Below, piece by piece: positions 38,825 through 52,344 of a DNA stretch of 64,000 nucleotides. Made by a program: the position numbers and the translations under genes. The notes under the pieces are model-generated. The model saw nothing but the letters and a program-made list of their open reading frames with translations, had not been told where the DNA came from and searched no databases. How positions within the stretch are numbered: position 1 is the stretch's first letter; the number at the start of each line of letters is the position of its first letter. Source of the DNA: Callorhinchus milii (taxonomy: Eukaryota); contig NW_024704742.1 in assembly GCF_018977255.1 (NCBI RefSeq), positions 49,168,001-49,232,000 of the forward strand, written 5' to 3'.

Positions 38825-38930
38825 ATACGCAAGTCATATCCAAAATGTTAACCTGTCTGTCTCTTTCAGCTACCGATGGCTATCTTTGTGCTTCCAGCAT
38901 GGGTCTATTTTGTTTCAAATTTCAAACAAT
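38825..38930 (+). mobile_element. Penelope-like terminal fragment, degraded
   Basis: AAAATGTTAACCTGTCTG...GTGCTTCCAGCAT...TTTTGTTTCAAATTTC; diverged reverse-complement match to 59221-59350. Confidence 0.5.
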
Positions 38931-41109
38931 CAATAGTTTTTATTTTTAAGTTCTACTTAATTAGCAAAGCTTTCCAAAGTTATAGGGTTTAATGGTCAAA
39001 AACACAACAAAAATTACAATAGCAGTAAACTTCATTTGGGACCAGTAATGTGAAGCCACTGTGGATGATGCATCTTGTTGTTTAGTGAAGCTGAAACAAC
39101 CACAAGTAGTAACCTAAATCATTAAGTGTGGCATGTTTACACTGATTTTAGCCTTGTGCTTTTTTTAGTCTGATGTTTTTAATGTAAAAAAAATTGCAGA
39201 CTGGAATTCTTCATAAAACATTAATCTTTTCTCGATGTGCAACTCTTTGCAAACTTCACATGGGGGGGCGGGGGGGAAATACAGGAAACATTCAGCCAAA
39301 TCAAATCAAACCCAGGCAAACAATACATCACGAGAAGTGAATGCACAGGTTAACAGGAGAAATTAGATTGAAGGGAGTCTTGTCACAGTACAAAAGGCAC
39401 CATAATGAGACTTGACAGTCTCTCACGATCCGCTGACTAACCACTATACCCAGTAATACAGGAAGCAAATCACTTACCCACACCACAAAATATCAGATTC
39501 AAAACTCAGACAGGGCCCTGTGAGATTCCTTAGGACATTTTTACTGCAGAGGTTTAAGAATCTAATATAACCATTTGGAGCAAATCCAAAATTCACATGT
39601 ATCCACAGCAGAGAATCTTACCATAGCAATTTTACTGTTAAAAAGGTCTCAGCTGCTTTTTCACAGTCTGCAATCCAAACCACATCATTGAGAAAATGCG
39701 AAACATTGCAAGTTATCAAACAAATAGAGATTTGTTAGAGCTGTTGCATGGTTTCTCATAAGCTGCTCTCTCAAAACAAGTTTTGTTGTAACCCGTAAAG
39801 ATGTGCCTTCCATGAAGTGATTGTCTATTACAGACAATCTACAGGGACTCCTAACTTACTGCCATAACAAACTGCTGAAACTTTACCTAAAGGAAATATT
39901 TACGATCAACTGGTTCAAATTTCACAGACTGAGGGAAGACATAGCTGTATTGAGCTGATAGTGAAAGATTACCAGGAAATCTACAACAGCTGTTAACACT
40001 TATTTCTGCAACTGAATGAAAGGTAGTTGCACCCTATTATAAATGTCTTTTAACACTCCAAGACTTGTGGTGGACATTTTTGTTTCTGCTTGAATCTGGA
40101 AGTGTTATACAGAATACAGTAGCAAATGGGTACAACCCAGGTAAGCCTATTGCATTAGTTGTGACAGGGAATCCATTGAGAAGCTGTCACTAGCCTAACC
40201 TGTTCCCTCCTCCCTTTAAGTCCCAAGAAGACAATGCACTCAAATGATACAGTTCTGTGTTTTTATCGATTCCACATAAGCATCTTCAGATGCCTGCCTC
40301 GTAGTGCTTACTGCAGACTAATCTAGCCTGAAGAGCCCAATATATCTAGAGGCGCTATTTAGGCTGGTCAGTGTAATAGATGAAGATCAGCTTCAACAAA
40401 GAGAGCGGCTCTGCCAGATAACTGAGTGGGTAAAGACTATCCTGTGTTGTACAATGTCAATACAGACAAGAAGTTTGCAAGTTTGAGTCCTGAGCCAATA
40501 CACTGGAGCCCATGCTGAATTCGTTGAAAACATCACCATTCAATCATGTAACGTTCACCTACAAAATACAGTCACTACACTGTTACGGGGAATACTGTGA
40601 AGAGCTTTCAGATGTCCTGTTGATGTGAAAGGGGGAATATTAAATGGAAGGATTATTTTATTTACTTTAAATAACATTCTGGATTCGATGCCACTTAATA
40701 CGCAACAGTAAATAATACAAATTCTGATTATTGTGAAGGATCCTAATAATACATTTGATAAAGCAACACACACTGTACCTCAGGTCTGCACCAGCACAGA
40801 AACGTTTAAATTAACAAAAAGAGAGAGGCAACCTTTAAGTTATCTTTGGTATTATGACATAACCACATCAGGGTCTATCTTTTTCTTAGCTCTCAGACTC
40901 CTACACTGTGCATGAGACAGCCATCTGGAACAAGCGACTCCTTAGTTTATTTTTATTGTTGGAGATGCCATCTTTTGGATGATACATTCTACTGAGACTC
41001 CATCTGCTTATTCAGGTGGATGTTAAAGATCCCATGGCACGATTCAAAAGAAGAGAATTTCTGTCGATGTCCTGGCCAACTATCCCTCAAATAAAATTTG
41101 TTATTCATG

Positions 41110-41350
41110 AATAAAAAAACAGCCCCTGGAGGCAAAGTAACAAAGATAATAACCAGTGTTAGAGGAATGAGCTATGAACAGTGATAAGACAAGCTAGTAC
41201 TCTTCAAGCTTGAGAGAAGACATCTCAAATAGGATCTTATAGAAGTGTATAACATTTTAAATGGGATTTAAAAAGTAAACCCAGAATAATACTTTAGGCT
41301 GTATCTAGACAATAGAAAAAAATAACATGTTTAGAGTTGCAAAGGGCAAT
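41110..41350 (+). mobile_element. CR1 ORF2 C-terminal fragment
   Basis: GGAATGAGCTATGAA...CTCTTCAAGCTTGAGAGAAGACATCTC...GATCTTATAGAAGTGTATAAC (LFSLE.RRL..DLIEVY-like). Confidence 0.75.
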
Positions 41351-41499
41351 TATCAATATATCCCATATCAAAGTCCTAATATGGGGCTTGAACCCATAAC
41401 CTTCTGACTCGGAGACAGGAATGCAACTAGGCTATATTGTTAAACCACTTGAATTTAGATCTCCAGACATCATTCTCAGACTGTACAGTACAGCCTAAA

Positions 41500-41832
41500 T
41501 GGAGTCCTGTAACTCAGTGGTTAGAGCACTCGCCTCACAAGCGAAAGACCTGGGTTCGATTCCTGGTAGGGCGAAATGTTGGGCAGGTTTCCTTACTCCG
41601 CACACCTCGATTGGCAGATCACTTTTCTGGGGGTAATAATTCCTTAAAAAAAAATAATAAATTGGTCACTCAATTCACGATTGTTTGTGGGATACTGCTG
41701 TGTGCAATTGGCTGCCATGTTTCACCTACAAAAATATACAGTCAATTCATTTTACAGTATATCCTGTGAAGCACTTTAAGACGTCTCAAAGACGTGATAA
41801 GATGCTATATCAAATGCAAGGATTATTGTTAG
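41500..41832 (+). mobile_element. tRNA-headed SINE, long/intermediate subfamily
   Basis: TGGAGTCCTGTAACTCAGTGGTTAGAGCACTCGCCTCACAAGCGA head; family tail. Confidence 0.9.
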
Positions 41833-41979
41833 TAGTACTGCGGTCATATTCACCTTGAATACTGCATACTGTTTGTCTTGTTTGTTGCTGCCTCACACTA
41901 CTTTGACATAGTGAGTGACAAGTCAGCTGATAGTCCTGGATCTTTCAACTTCCCCCTTGTCAAGTTCAATCCTGTTCAT

Positions 41980-42445
41980 GGAGTACTTGTGTTTCCTATT
42001 CTAGTATTCTAGTAATACCTTGCATTTATTTGTATTAAACTTCATTTGCCAGTTATCAGCCCTACGAAGCTCTCTTTGTAGGACCTTTACTGAGTCCTCT
42101 GATTCCACAGGTCCTCTCAACTTGATATATCTCCAAATGTAGCAATATTACACGGATATGGAATCCAGGCCATTAATAGGAGGGGAGGAAGAGGAAGAGG
42201 AAGAGGAGGGGTCCCAGTACAGACCCCTGTGGTACCCTGCTTAGTACCTCTCCCCATTTTGGCCTAGCTCCCTGAACAAAGACCATTTACATCCATGTGT
42301 TGTCCTTGGTACCCAGTGACCAGTTTGTGGAAGAGTTTTTCATGTGACATCTTGTTGAAAGCTTCTTGGTTGTTTAAATATACTACATCATATTGCTTCC
42401 CAATAGTCAATTTGGGCTGTCAGCTCCTCAAAAAAGTCTAAACCT
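41980..42445 (-). mobile_element. CR1 RT fragment, degraded
   Basis: GGGGTCCCAGTACAGACCCCTGTGGTACCC is the reverse complement of [10 protein letters not shown]; an FNKMSH (AFDKVPH-like) remnant is also present. Confidence 0.75.
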
Positions 42446-42785
42446 GAAATGTAATGACTGTGTAATTGCAGGAAAGTACAGCAATCAATTTGCATACAGA
42501 AAAGTCCCACAAACAATGAAATGATTGAATGATTATATCTGGAGGATTATTGATCAGGACACCAGAAGCAGCTCCTTTCACTTTTCAAGTAGTGCTATAG
42601 GATTTTTAAGATCCACCTAAACAGGCAGACAGGAACTCAGTTTTAACGTCTTATCTGAAGGACAGTGATTCAGGCAATGCAGCGTTCCCACAATACTGTT
42701 ATTGGAGCATCAGCCAAGATGGTGAGTTCAATGTCCTAATGTGGGATTTGAACCCATAATCTTCTCTCTCGAAGGCAGGAGTGAA
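42445..42785 (-). mobile_element. Deu-domain SINE
   Basis: GATCCACCTAAACAGGCAGACAGGAACTCAGTTTTAACGTCTTATCTGAAGGACAG. Confidence 0.75.
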
Positions 42786-43689
42786 ACAAGCTAATACTAA
42801 AGAGCATCTCACACTGTTATAAAGTCCACTTGCAAATGAGCAGAGGAAAGTTTCAAACAGAGCTGCTATTACATCTTTATTGACCCTGTTCTTGGTAAAT
42901 GACCAGCTAATTCTTTTCACTCAACGTTTGGAAGATAAAATGTTTATCTTTCACAGCTTTATCATCACACAGTATCAAGCAAATCAGTTAATATATCTTG
43001 GCTTGTTGACAAAGCAAGCAACCCATGACTTGATGTGCCTCCATTACTGAAACTTATTGGATCAATTCACATCAGTTCAGGCTTCTCTCATTAGATAATT
43101 AAAAACGCCTCAATAAAAATCACACACTTCCAAAAATATTTTCCTGCCCAGTTAGGTCTCTGTGTCTTGCATCATTTTCCAGCTCAGCGATCTAGTATAT
43201 CTGCTACCCAGGCTCAGTTATACTAATGCTCCTTTGTAACTGGATGCTGAATGTGAGGGAATGGTGTGGAGAGAGAGGCCGGGGCCAGGGGGAGAGTGAA
43301 AGGAAGGAGGGGGAGAGACACATAGGAAATATAAGAGATAGTGACACACACACACACACACACGGAAAAGGCCAGAAAGAAAGAGATAGGGGAGAGAGGC
43401 AGTGGGAGAGGCGGGAAATGAGAGGGGAAGAGGGGGGAAATGAGAGGGGGAGGAAGGTGAAATCACCTCCTCCTCCCAACCACCCCATGATTTTCATGAC
43501 TTTTCTCTCTTGGGGTGAAAATGTTTGGTCTGTAATCTGCACCACAATCTAATTCCATGGTCAAGACTGAAACATCATAATAACAATTCCCCACATAATA
43601 AAGTAATGTTGCTTTACAATTAGATAATAGTTGTTCATTTTTAAGAAAGTAAAAGAAAAATAGGTTCAGAATTAGCTGGGCTACCCAGC

Positions 43690-44165
43690 ATTCAGCCAAC
43701 GCAAGCTTCAGACCATTCAGAACTCTGCAGTGTGTGTCCTCTCTCACACCCAGTTCTGTGAATTCATCATCCCCATTCTCACTTAGCTTCACTGGCTATA
43801 CAGCCCCTGTGGATTTAATTCAAGATCCTCATTTTCAAGATCCCTCGCTCTACTGGCATTCCATCTGCTCAGGAAACACCAGCCAGCTTCATGTACATGC
43901 TGTCAGTGGATGAGCTTTCAGCCATTCTGTCCCCAATCTCTGCAGTGTCGCCCCAGAGTCCTTCCACTTGTCTCTCCGTCCCTACCTTCAAAGACCTATC
44001 TATCTGACCATGTTTTAGCCCAGCCCCTCCTCCTCCACCATCCACCGCCTCAGCACTCCGCCCCTGCTTGCCCTCCTCTACCTCAGGTTCCCAGTCAGCT
44101 GTGTGAAAAGCTTTGAGATGTTGAGACATCTTCCCAATATGAAAAACAGTGTACAAATAAGGTGA
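43690..44165 (+). mobile_element. L2 3' fragment, degraded
   Basis: AAGCTTCAGACCATTCAGAACTCTGCAG...CTTCACTGGCT...CCTTCAAAGACC. Confidence 0.7.
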
Positions 44166-44199
44166 TATATAATTCAATGGTGGTAGTTTTAGTAATCTG

Positions 44200-44520
44200 A
44201 TTTAAATAGGATTGAAGAAGTAAACCCAGATCAATACTTTAGGATGCATCATGACTGTAGAATAGGACACAAGTTTAGCGTTGTAAATGTCAGATACTAG
44301 GCAGTTTTTTTTTCCTACGCAGAGGGAATCAATGACTTATTTATTTATTTATTTAATTTATCTGGTTGCCAGGAACAGGTGTTAGAAGCCAGGACACTGG
44401 ATTCATTTAAAAAGCAGCTTGATGCTGTGTTAAAGGAACGCTACGATGGGGGGGTTTCTGGAGGGATGAGATTGGATGGGCCGAATGGCCTTCTTCATCC
44501 AGACCAATCCTGTGATCTTG
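44200..44520 (+). mobile_element. CR1 3' end
   Basis: GATTGGATGGGCCGAATGGCCTTCTTCATC CR1-type terminus. Confidence 0.72.
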
Positions 44521-46429
44521 TGTGAAAACAGCACTGAGCAGTCTCTGCACAGCTACGTCCCCATCTATAATGTTATGAAAATCAAATGTCAAGGTCACAT
44601 TTCATTGAGGGACTCTAATGAAGCTCATAAGTGTCAAAGTAGTATTTGGTAGTGGCATGGGAGCTTGTTCTTTTTGCTACACATAGTGAATATTTTTTGG
44701 GAGATCAAGGATAGAAATAGAAGAAAAATAACTTCACTCTCTGCAGATGCTCGCGCATACTGAAGAAAATTGTGCCAAATTTCTCAGTCTATCATAAATC
44801 AACATAATCCAGTATCCTAGCTAAATCCTACAGGGATAAAGACTCTGCCCTACAAACCTCTGCATGACCCAAAACCTGGTTTAAGCTAGAGTGGGAGCAT
44901 TCAATGGAATATTAACTTCCCATGGTATGTGATGCAACTTCATCACTTCTGAAGTCATGCTAAGGTTCTGCGTTTGTTAACTGTCTGTGCTGAGTTACCT
45001 GATCTCAGGTGGCATGTCGGTAGGACATTGCAAAGGCTGCACAGGATTAATTGGGAAGTGTAGTGACTGTGTAATTTGTAGGGGACTCAGCAGCCACTTT
45101 GCGCACCACAACGTGCCACAAACAGCCATGAAGTGACTGGCTGATTTTTATTTGGGGGATTGTTGGCCAGGATACCGGGAGAAAGTCCCTTTTCTTTTTG
45201 AAATCTTACTGGGATAATGAGATAAATCTACGTGGGGGGAGGTAAAGAGGAGAAAAACAAAATTTGCGACAGTTGCTGTTCCTCAAAGTGAAGTGGGCCA
45301 GTCTCCTAGCTGGAAAGTACATGCCCATGGACATCCTCGGAGGCTATCGACTCAAATTGCCTGCTAGCATTCATCACCCATACTCTCCCACCCTCTGTTC
45401 AAATCCCACATGGTATCCTCTTTGACCTCACTTTGAATAATCTCTCCCTTCCCCATCCTCTTCAGTTCCCAACCCCAAGCTTGGGTGCTCAGTGAAAGGT
45501 GCCATATAAATGTATTGCATTTAGAAAAAGGTTTTGGATAATGAGAAGTGAGCTGATCCCAGCAGCAGAGAGGAAACTGAAGGAATGCGAAAATGGAAGC
45601 AAAAAAAAAACACCCTCCCATGAGAATGGAGGGCTTCTCCGAATGCTTTGTGGGTGAAGGTATCAGCTGGTGTAACACATTACATCATCAACAGAACCAT
45701 AGCACTTGGAGCAGAGCCACATGTAGCAAGCATGAGTTTCTCCATAACAAGCCTATTTGAGTAAAAGCGTGCCAAGGTTGACAGCAGTGCAGTAAATTAA
45801 GATAATCCAGTGTTTCAGCTAAATCTTACAAGGATAAAGACTGAGCATTGCAAACTTCTCCATGGCCCAAAACTTGATTTAAACTGGAGTTGGGAGCATT
45901 GGATGGAATGTGAACCTCCCACTGGGTGTGATATGCGTTATCACTTCTGTCATTATTTTCAATACAATTGTGCAAATAGGGTCAGGTTGCAGAATCCCAG
46001 GATCCCAGAATGGTTTTCCTGCACTGGCACAACTCCAAATAAATTACTGAAGTCCTGGGGTAATTCACTACTAACAGTATGAGAGACAGAGTGCGTGTGT
46101 GAGAGCGGGCTGTCAAGCGAGCAACGGAGACAGAATGAAAGTGAGAGAGGAGGCAAGAGACAGTTATTTGTTATCTTAAATCTTTTAAATATCGCTGTGT
46201 ATTGTAAAAAAAAGGCCATATAATGATGTTGCGTATTTTTAAAATTAGTTTCCTTTTTAAAATTGTGCTCAAAAATTGATGTGTGGACTCATGCAGACAT
46301 GTGCAAATGCAATTGAATTGCTTCACAAAGTACACCAAATCATTGATCCGCACACCAGTGTTGACCCCCTTCCCTCTGTTTCTGAGTGCATTTGTGTGCA
46401 TGCATGCGAGGACCGAATGTGCGTGTGTA

Positions 46430-47045
46430 GGTGGAGCTATGTATGTGTGTATGTTTGACTTGGTGGGGGGGCTGGGTTCCGAGTGATTTTGTTGGTGTGG
46501 GAGTTAAATGTATGTGTGTCCGTGGGTTAGGTGTGGAAGGGGGCTGAGTATGTGTGTGGGAGCTGAATGTGTGTGTGTGTGTTGGGGGGGAGGCTGAGGT
46601 CTGTGTGAATGTATGTGTGTGTGGGCCGAGTTCTGTGTGTGTGGGGGGGAGTGCAGGGGCTGATGTCTTTGTGTGTGGGGGCTGGGGGCTGTGTGTGGGG
46701 GGGCTGGGGTCTGGGTGTGTGGGGGCTGGGGTCTGTGGGGGCTGGGGTTTGTGTGTGTGGGGGCTGAGGTCTGTGTCTGTGGGACTTGAATGCGTGTGGT
46801 ATGTGTGTGGGGGGGCAGGGGTGAGGTCTGTGTGTGTGGGAGCTGAATGTGTGTGGTGGGGGGGGGGGGGGGGCGGTGGGGTTGAATTCTGTGTGTATGG
46901 GGCCTAGGTCTGTATCTGTGGGAGCTGAATGTGTGTGGTGTATGTGTGTGTGGGGGGGTGTGCATGGGGCTGACGTCTGTGTGTGTGGGCTGAATTTATG
47001 TGGTGTATGTGTACATGCATGCGCAGGCCTATGCGTTTGTGTGGG
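46430..47045. repeat. GT/G-rich degenerate minisatellite
   Basis: Recurring GGGGGCTGAGGTCTGTGTGTGT / GGGAGCTGAATGTGTGTG units and a long G run near 46858-46874. Confidence 0.92.
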
Positions 47046-47401
47046 CAATGCATTTTTCCACTGAGGGATATTTGGCATTTGACTCCCAATAAAATAAATA
47101 TTTTTGACTTTTTTAAGTTAATTTTTTTTAAAATAACACAATTTATTTTCCCTTGATATCGAATAGTTTTCTTCCTTCTTGATTCTTTTGATCTTAGTTT
47201 CTCATTACACTTTTAATTCCCTTCAGGATTTCCTCTTTTGTTTGGTTGTTTTATTTTTCTACTCTTCATTAGGAAATCTGTCTCCCTCTATTGTCCTTGC
47301 AGCTTTTTTTGCTCGCTAAGCCAACTGTCCCAAGTATTACCAAAAAAATATTTTGCTAGGGGAGGGGGTTGGGGAAAGAAACAAGGGAATAGGGAAGTTT
47401 G

Positions 47402-47856
47402 GTGTTAGCTTGACTCAGCTGGTTGCACTCTTACCTCCAAGTCAGAAGGTTGGAGATTCAAGCCTCATGACTTTGACCTAATCTAGGCTGTCACTGTCCA
47501 GGCGGAATGCAATTCTGAGGGAGCAAGTCATTGTCAGAGAGGCCATCAACGAGACGTTAAACCAAGGTCCTGCCTGCCTGTTCAGGTGGATGTTAAAGAT
47601 CCCATGGCACTATTCGAAAAGAGAAGGGAGTTTCTCCTGGTGTCTTGGTGTCTGGACCAACAATTCTCAATTGATAAAATGGGTCATTCACTTCATGGCC
47701 GTTTGTGTGACATAGGCTGTGGGCAAAATGGTTGCTGCATTTGCCTACAACTAGTTATTACACTTCACAGTAAAAAAAATATTTCCTGGAGGAGCGCTTT
47801 CAGACATCTTCCCAACGTTATAAGGCACAATACCATAATACACGTATTATTATTGT
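47402..47856 (+). mobile_element. Deu-domain SINE, full length
   Basis: GAGACGTTAAACCAAGGTCCTGCCTGCCTGTTCAGGTGGATGTTAAAGATCCCATGGCACTATTCGAA core; head and tail present. Confidence 0.88.
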
Positions 47857-48784
47857 GACTAAATATTGATAAAAATCACCAAAAACGACTGCCCTTTTGA
47901 CATTATAATCACGACCTTCTCTGGACTATCACCTTTATTTCTATATTCAAGAGGTAGAAAGTCCAGACTTTAGTCATTGGCTCAAACAGATACAGGCTTG
48001 ATGACTGTCGAGAAATCCCTCCCATAGTCTTCAAAATAATGGAATATTTGGTCATTAGAACTAAATTAGTGCTATTTATATTAATATTCCAACTTGAATA
48101 TTTATTTTTTCTTATTTAAAACTTTCCATTTGCTTAAGTTCACCTGGCCTACAATCCCTCAGATAAAATCGGTCTTTTACTTCAAGGTTGTTTGTGGGAC
48201 ACTGCTGTGGGCAAATTGGCTGCTCCGTTTCCCTTGAAATACACTCACAAAACTTTACAGTAAATGCTGTGAAGTGCTTTGACATGCCCTCCTGATGTGA
48301 AGGGCGCTTTATCAAGTGCAATGATTATTATTATTACATGAAGTGATAAAGCGCTATATAAATGGTAATTACAGCATAAATGTAATGCCATGCTGCACTC
48401 CCATTGTCAGAACAATTACTTTTAGAGGTGCAGCTGAGCTACCCAGGAGAATGATAGAAATCTACTGTTACAATTTACACTTAAAACAGTTCAAATGAAT
48501 TCAACTCAAAGTCTGTGGAACGTTGTTTTGCTGGTGCTGCCACATTTTCCTATATAACATTCTTTCCGAAATACAAGATTTATTCACAGAACNTTTTTTA
48601 ATTGCGCTACTTTTTGTTCCATCTGTTGTGTAATTCGAAGGGACAATCCCCTGCCCTTTGCCATTTAAAAATAAACAGTAAAAATTTGCCTTTTGCTTAC
48701 CATAGCTAATATTTCCTCCAGATACACTGATATGTTCACATGGAAGTGGCATACCTATTTGGAACTCTCAGTCTGGTTTGGATA

Positions 48785-48985
48785 CTCTAAAGCTGGCAGC
48801 CCATGGGCCGATTTCATCAGCCCCTCCCTCCACCTTCATCTGGCTCATCCCCTCCCTTTATAAACCGTAAATGTCATGTTACGTTTCTCGAAGGGAAACA
48901 CAAAAATATTGCTTATGTGGCTCGCGGACGTTTCTCAAATAGGGCATCCGGCCTCCAGCAGCCAAAAGGCTGGACCACTCTGTTC
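48785..48985. mobile_element. Possible hAT/Charlie-type MITE relic
   Basis: GGCAGCCCATGGGCCG...ATGTGGCTCGCGG...CCAAAAGGCTGGACCACTCTG resembles hAT MITE sub-terminal and terminal motifs; no clean TIR pair or TSD. Confidence 0.45.
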
Positions 48986-49151
48986 TAAAGCATGGAGATG
49001 GCTTTCCGTATGTATCGACTATCCTGTTGTTAAGGCTCACTTGTAAATACTAGCCACTTGGACAATCAATCAACGGAAGGAAAAAAGAGTCATACAACTT
49101 CATGAATTAAAAATTGAAGGAAAGAGGGGAAAAAAGCGATTCGATACTTAC

Positions 49152-49216
49152 ATCTAGAGAATGTTCATTTAAAATCATGAGACCCATGTTTTTTGTCAGG
49201 AGTTTACAGGAGTATC
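49152..49216 (-). CDS. ATP8A1: ATP8A1 coding exon (65 nt)
   Basis: (G)YSCKLLTKNMGLMILNEHSLD; ctAG / GTAAGT; phase fits both neighbouring exons. Confidence 0.94.
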
Positions 49217-49249
49217 CTAGTTAGGGACAAAACAAAGACACAGTGAGAA

Positions 49250-49606
49250 ATGGCTCATTGCTCAATTTCAAGATCCTCACACTTTTTTCAAATTCCTTCA
49301 TGTCTTGGCACACCCCTCTCTCTCCGGCCTGCTTAATCCCCAACCCACAACCTCTGGCCTTCTGCTTGTCCCTCATGCTCTCTGTTCCACCATCAGCAGC
49401 CAATACACCTCAAAACCCTGGAACACTCTTCCTCTGTCCCTCCCCCTTGCCCCTTCCTTCCCCATCTTCAGGTTGCGCCTGAAGACCTCCTATTCGACCG
49501 TATGTACAGTCATCTCCCCTCAGCTCGGCATTGTGCTCTGCCACTGTCAAGCTCTCTGAGACGCTACTCTGTGTGAGAGGCGATACATAAATGCAAGTTG
49601 TTGTTG
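49250..49606 (+). mobile_element. L2 3' fragment
   Basis: ATTTCAAGATCCTCAC...CCCTGGAACACTCTTCC...AAATGCAAGTTGTTGTTG tail. Confidence 0.75.
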
Positions 49607-51423
49607 CTCAATTGGGCTGTTGTGTTTTCTGATAAATACAGTCACTCCACTTCACAGTAAATCCTAACAAGTACTTTGGGACGTTCTCCTGACATGGAAA
49701 GTGCTTTTCCAAATGCAAGGCATATTATTAGTGTGAAGGGTACAAGCAATAAATTTGATTTTGCAGTAAATGCTGTATCTGTGATACTAAGTCATAAACA
49801 TTTAATAATTTGTTTCATTGAAGAATCACTATTTTAATACATAGAGAACACTATACAAACAGTTTAAAAAAGTACTGAACTTCAGATAAATATTCTTTTC
49901 CTTTCAGCAAACTTTAAATAGACACACATATTGAGGCACTGCTGCACACTAGTTCAGTGTAGAAAGTCTAAGTTAATTGATCAAAGATTAAAACTCAAAA
50001 CTTATTTAAAAACATTCTCTCTGTAATGGGAAAAAAAGCTTTCTAGATACAATTCTCAAATGTTACTGAATGCATCCAAGATCAATAAGAAAATAGAAAT
50101 CAAATGTATGAATTGGAAAAGCATTACTGTCCTGTGTATAACTTTCCATGCAAAACAAAGCTTTTATACAGTCACCATATTTACTCTAGATATGCAACAG
50201 CAAGTATGGAGCCTATAAAACGAAAGAGGCAAGGTTATGGTTAGGAATTTAACCTATAAGGGTTAGCTTGTGTTAGCACTTTGTAATACTTTTTTCCTTG
50301 ATGAAGGATTTTTCTTTGCTATATTCGATGAATTGCAGTTTGCTTTCCATTCTTTTTTATAACCACCCCCCACACAAATTTTGACATTAAAAATAATAAT
50401 TAGAAATGTCAGTCGTGCTTCTGAAATCCTTTCCTCCTCCTCACGAAGTTTAGAGAATTTGTTTTGTGTGGTTTTTTTGTTTAAAAAGTCCAGAAAGCAG
50501 AAGACACATGGAAAACCCTTACGCAACCCCCAAAAAATCTATAACTTATTTAAAAATTGAAATTACTTTATGGTTACTGTGGCTTTTGTGCCTTTATTTT
50601 CTGCGTAGTTTTTCCAGGTTTCCACTACACGGTCCTCTGCAAATTAACATCTGTGCTAAAGAGAATTCTCAAACATGTGGCTGTGGAAAATGAGCTGAAC
50701 GGAATGACGATGTTACAATGTTGACTATTATTAGTTTTTTTAAAAAAAATTGGAATAGAAATATTGTTTAAATGTGATTTTACTTCTTTTAAAAAAATAC
50801 ATGATTAGAAATGAAAATATTTTGTACTATTTATTTGGAGGTTTTGCTTTCGGTGCATCAAACTACTGTTTGTGTTTTATAAAACTGAAGGGAGGTCTGG
50901 TAAAATAGAAAGACACCGAATGTAATGACCGGTTATTTTGGAAGTGGAAGCTGATCGCACATCAGTGAGCAAACCAACTCAAACACCCTGTGAGAAGACA
51001 GCCTCTCTGTTGGAAAACAAATGTTAAGTCACACAAGGGAGCCATAAAAAGGAAGGAAATAAATCCATCTGTTGAACATTTTTCAAATTAATGAGACATC
51101 ATCACTTCTAGATGCACAAAACGGTGCAATGGACAGGTCAGTTTGACCGTTTTCAAAAGCAATTAAATGTCAGAGTCCAATGAGAGGTTTTCTGTCAGAC
51201 ACTGAGACAGATGGACGAAAGCACCACAACAAAAAGTCTCCATTTCTAGCCAGAGGCTTCAGAACTTTGGATTATCGAAAAGCAATGAGCCTGCCCCATC
51301 AACTTACTCATTCAAACACCTGCTTCACAAATCAGTGCCTTGGAAGCTGATTCCCAGGCGCCGTTTGAAACTTCCGACTACACTCAAGATTAATTTGAGC
51401 TGCTTTAAGACAAGCTGCTTGGT

Positions 51424-51770
51424 TTACATAGGAGGCTGCCATTTGGCCCAATATGCCTGTGTCGTGCCAATCCCCAATGGAACTCTGTTATAATCCAATT
51501 TTCCTTCCACCTTTATTGAATCTTTAATCTTCGTGCGTTTACCTAATTCCCTTTTAGATGTTAGAATTGGTGGTTCCCAAGAACTCTGCAAAACTGAAGG
51601 ATCTACTTTCGCTCTCATGGGTCTGGTATTCTTTAAGTTGCACCTTCTTGCTGACGATTCACTAAATAATGGAATTCTTCCACTATTTACCCTCCCAAAC
51701 CATTTTGGTCTTGAAAGATTCTGCGAGATTCCCCCCTTAACTTTCTTTGTGGGAGAAACAACCACTTGAC
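51424..51770 (-). mobile_element. CR1 3' end, heavily degraded
   Basis: CATAGGAGGCTGCCATTTGGCCCAATATGCCTGTG terminus and TTTACCCTCCCAAACC...GATTCCCCCCTTAACTTTCT motifs. Confidence 0.55.
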
Positions 51771-52344
51771 TGTACAAGAAGGATTTATCCAAGGCGGCAC
51801 AACAAGAGGGGATAAAGATGTGAAGAGCAATGTTTAGGATGGATACAGAAAATATTTATTTATAAAATAGGGTGATTAACAGAATTAGCAGCGTGGGAGA
51901 GAGCAGGCTATGGACCTATTTAAGAAGGAACTTGATGCTGTAATGTAGACAGTAGAGCATCACTCACACTCGGCTGCCCAGACCTTTAAAATTATTAATG
52001 GGAGGCATCAGATTGTAAATTTTCGATGTAAACAGAATGATAGTTACTAAAACAGCAGTGATGCTCTTGAACATCTAGCCTCAAATAGAGAGTTATGGGG
52101 GAGGCTTATTAAACAAATTATATAGCTCTCGCTGTTTCTTGATTGCTATGAGATTACCCTTAAGGTGAAAAATGTCTATCTAATTCTCTCCAGACATTAC
52201 ATTTGTCACCCTCCTTCCCCCACAGCATAAGTATGAGAAAGTACAACAAATATTTTTCAAGTTTGCATACAATACGTTTCTACATATACATGTATTTGAA
52301 CATAGCCTACAGTGATACACTATTAAATGCAATTCCAGCCATAC

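Noticed and set aside
46504..47089. His/Thr/Pro-rich and Val/Cys/Gly-rich ORFs up to 183 aa
   Set aside because: Stop-free only because they lie in the GT-rich minisatellite
48593..48593. Single N base
   Set aside because: Assembly ambiguity, not biology
51424..51792. 122-aa ORF as a nested gene
   Set aside because: No recognisable domain, and the DNA resembles a decayed CR1 3' end
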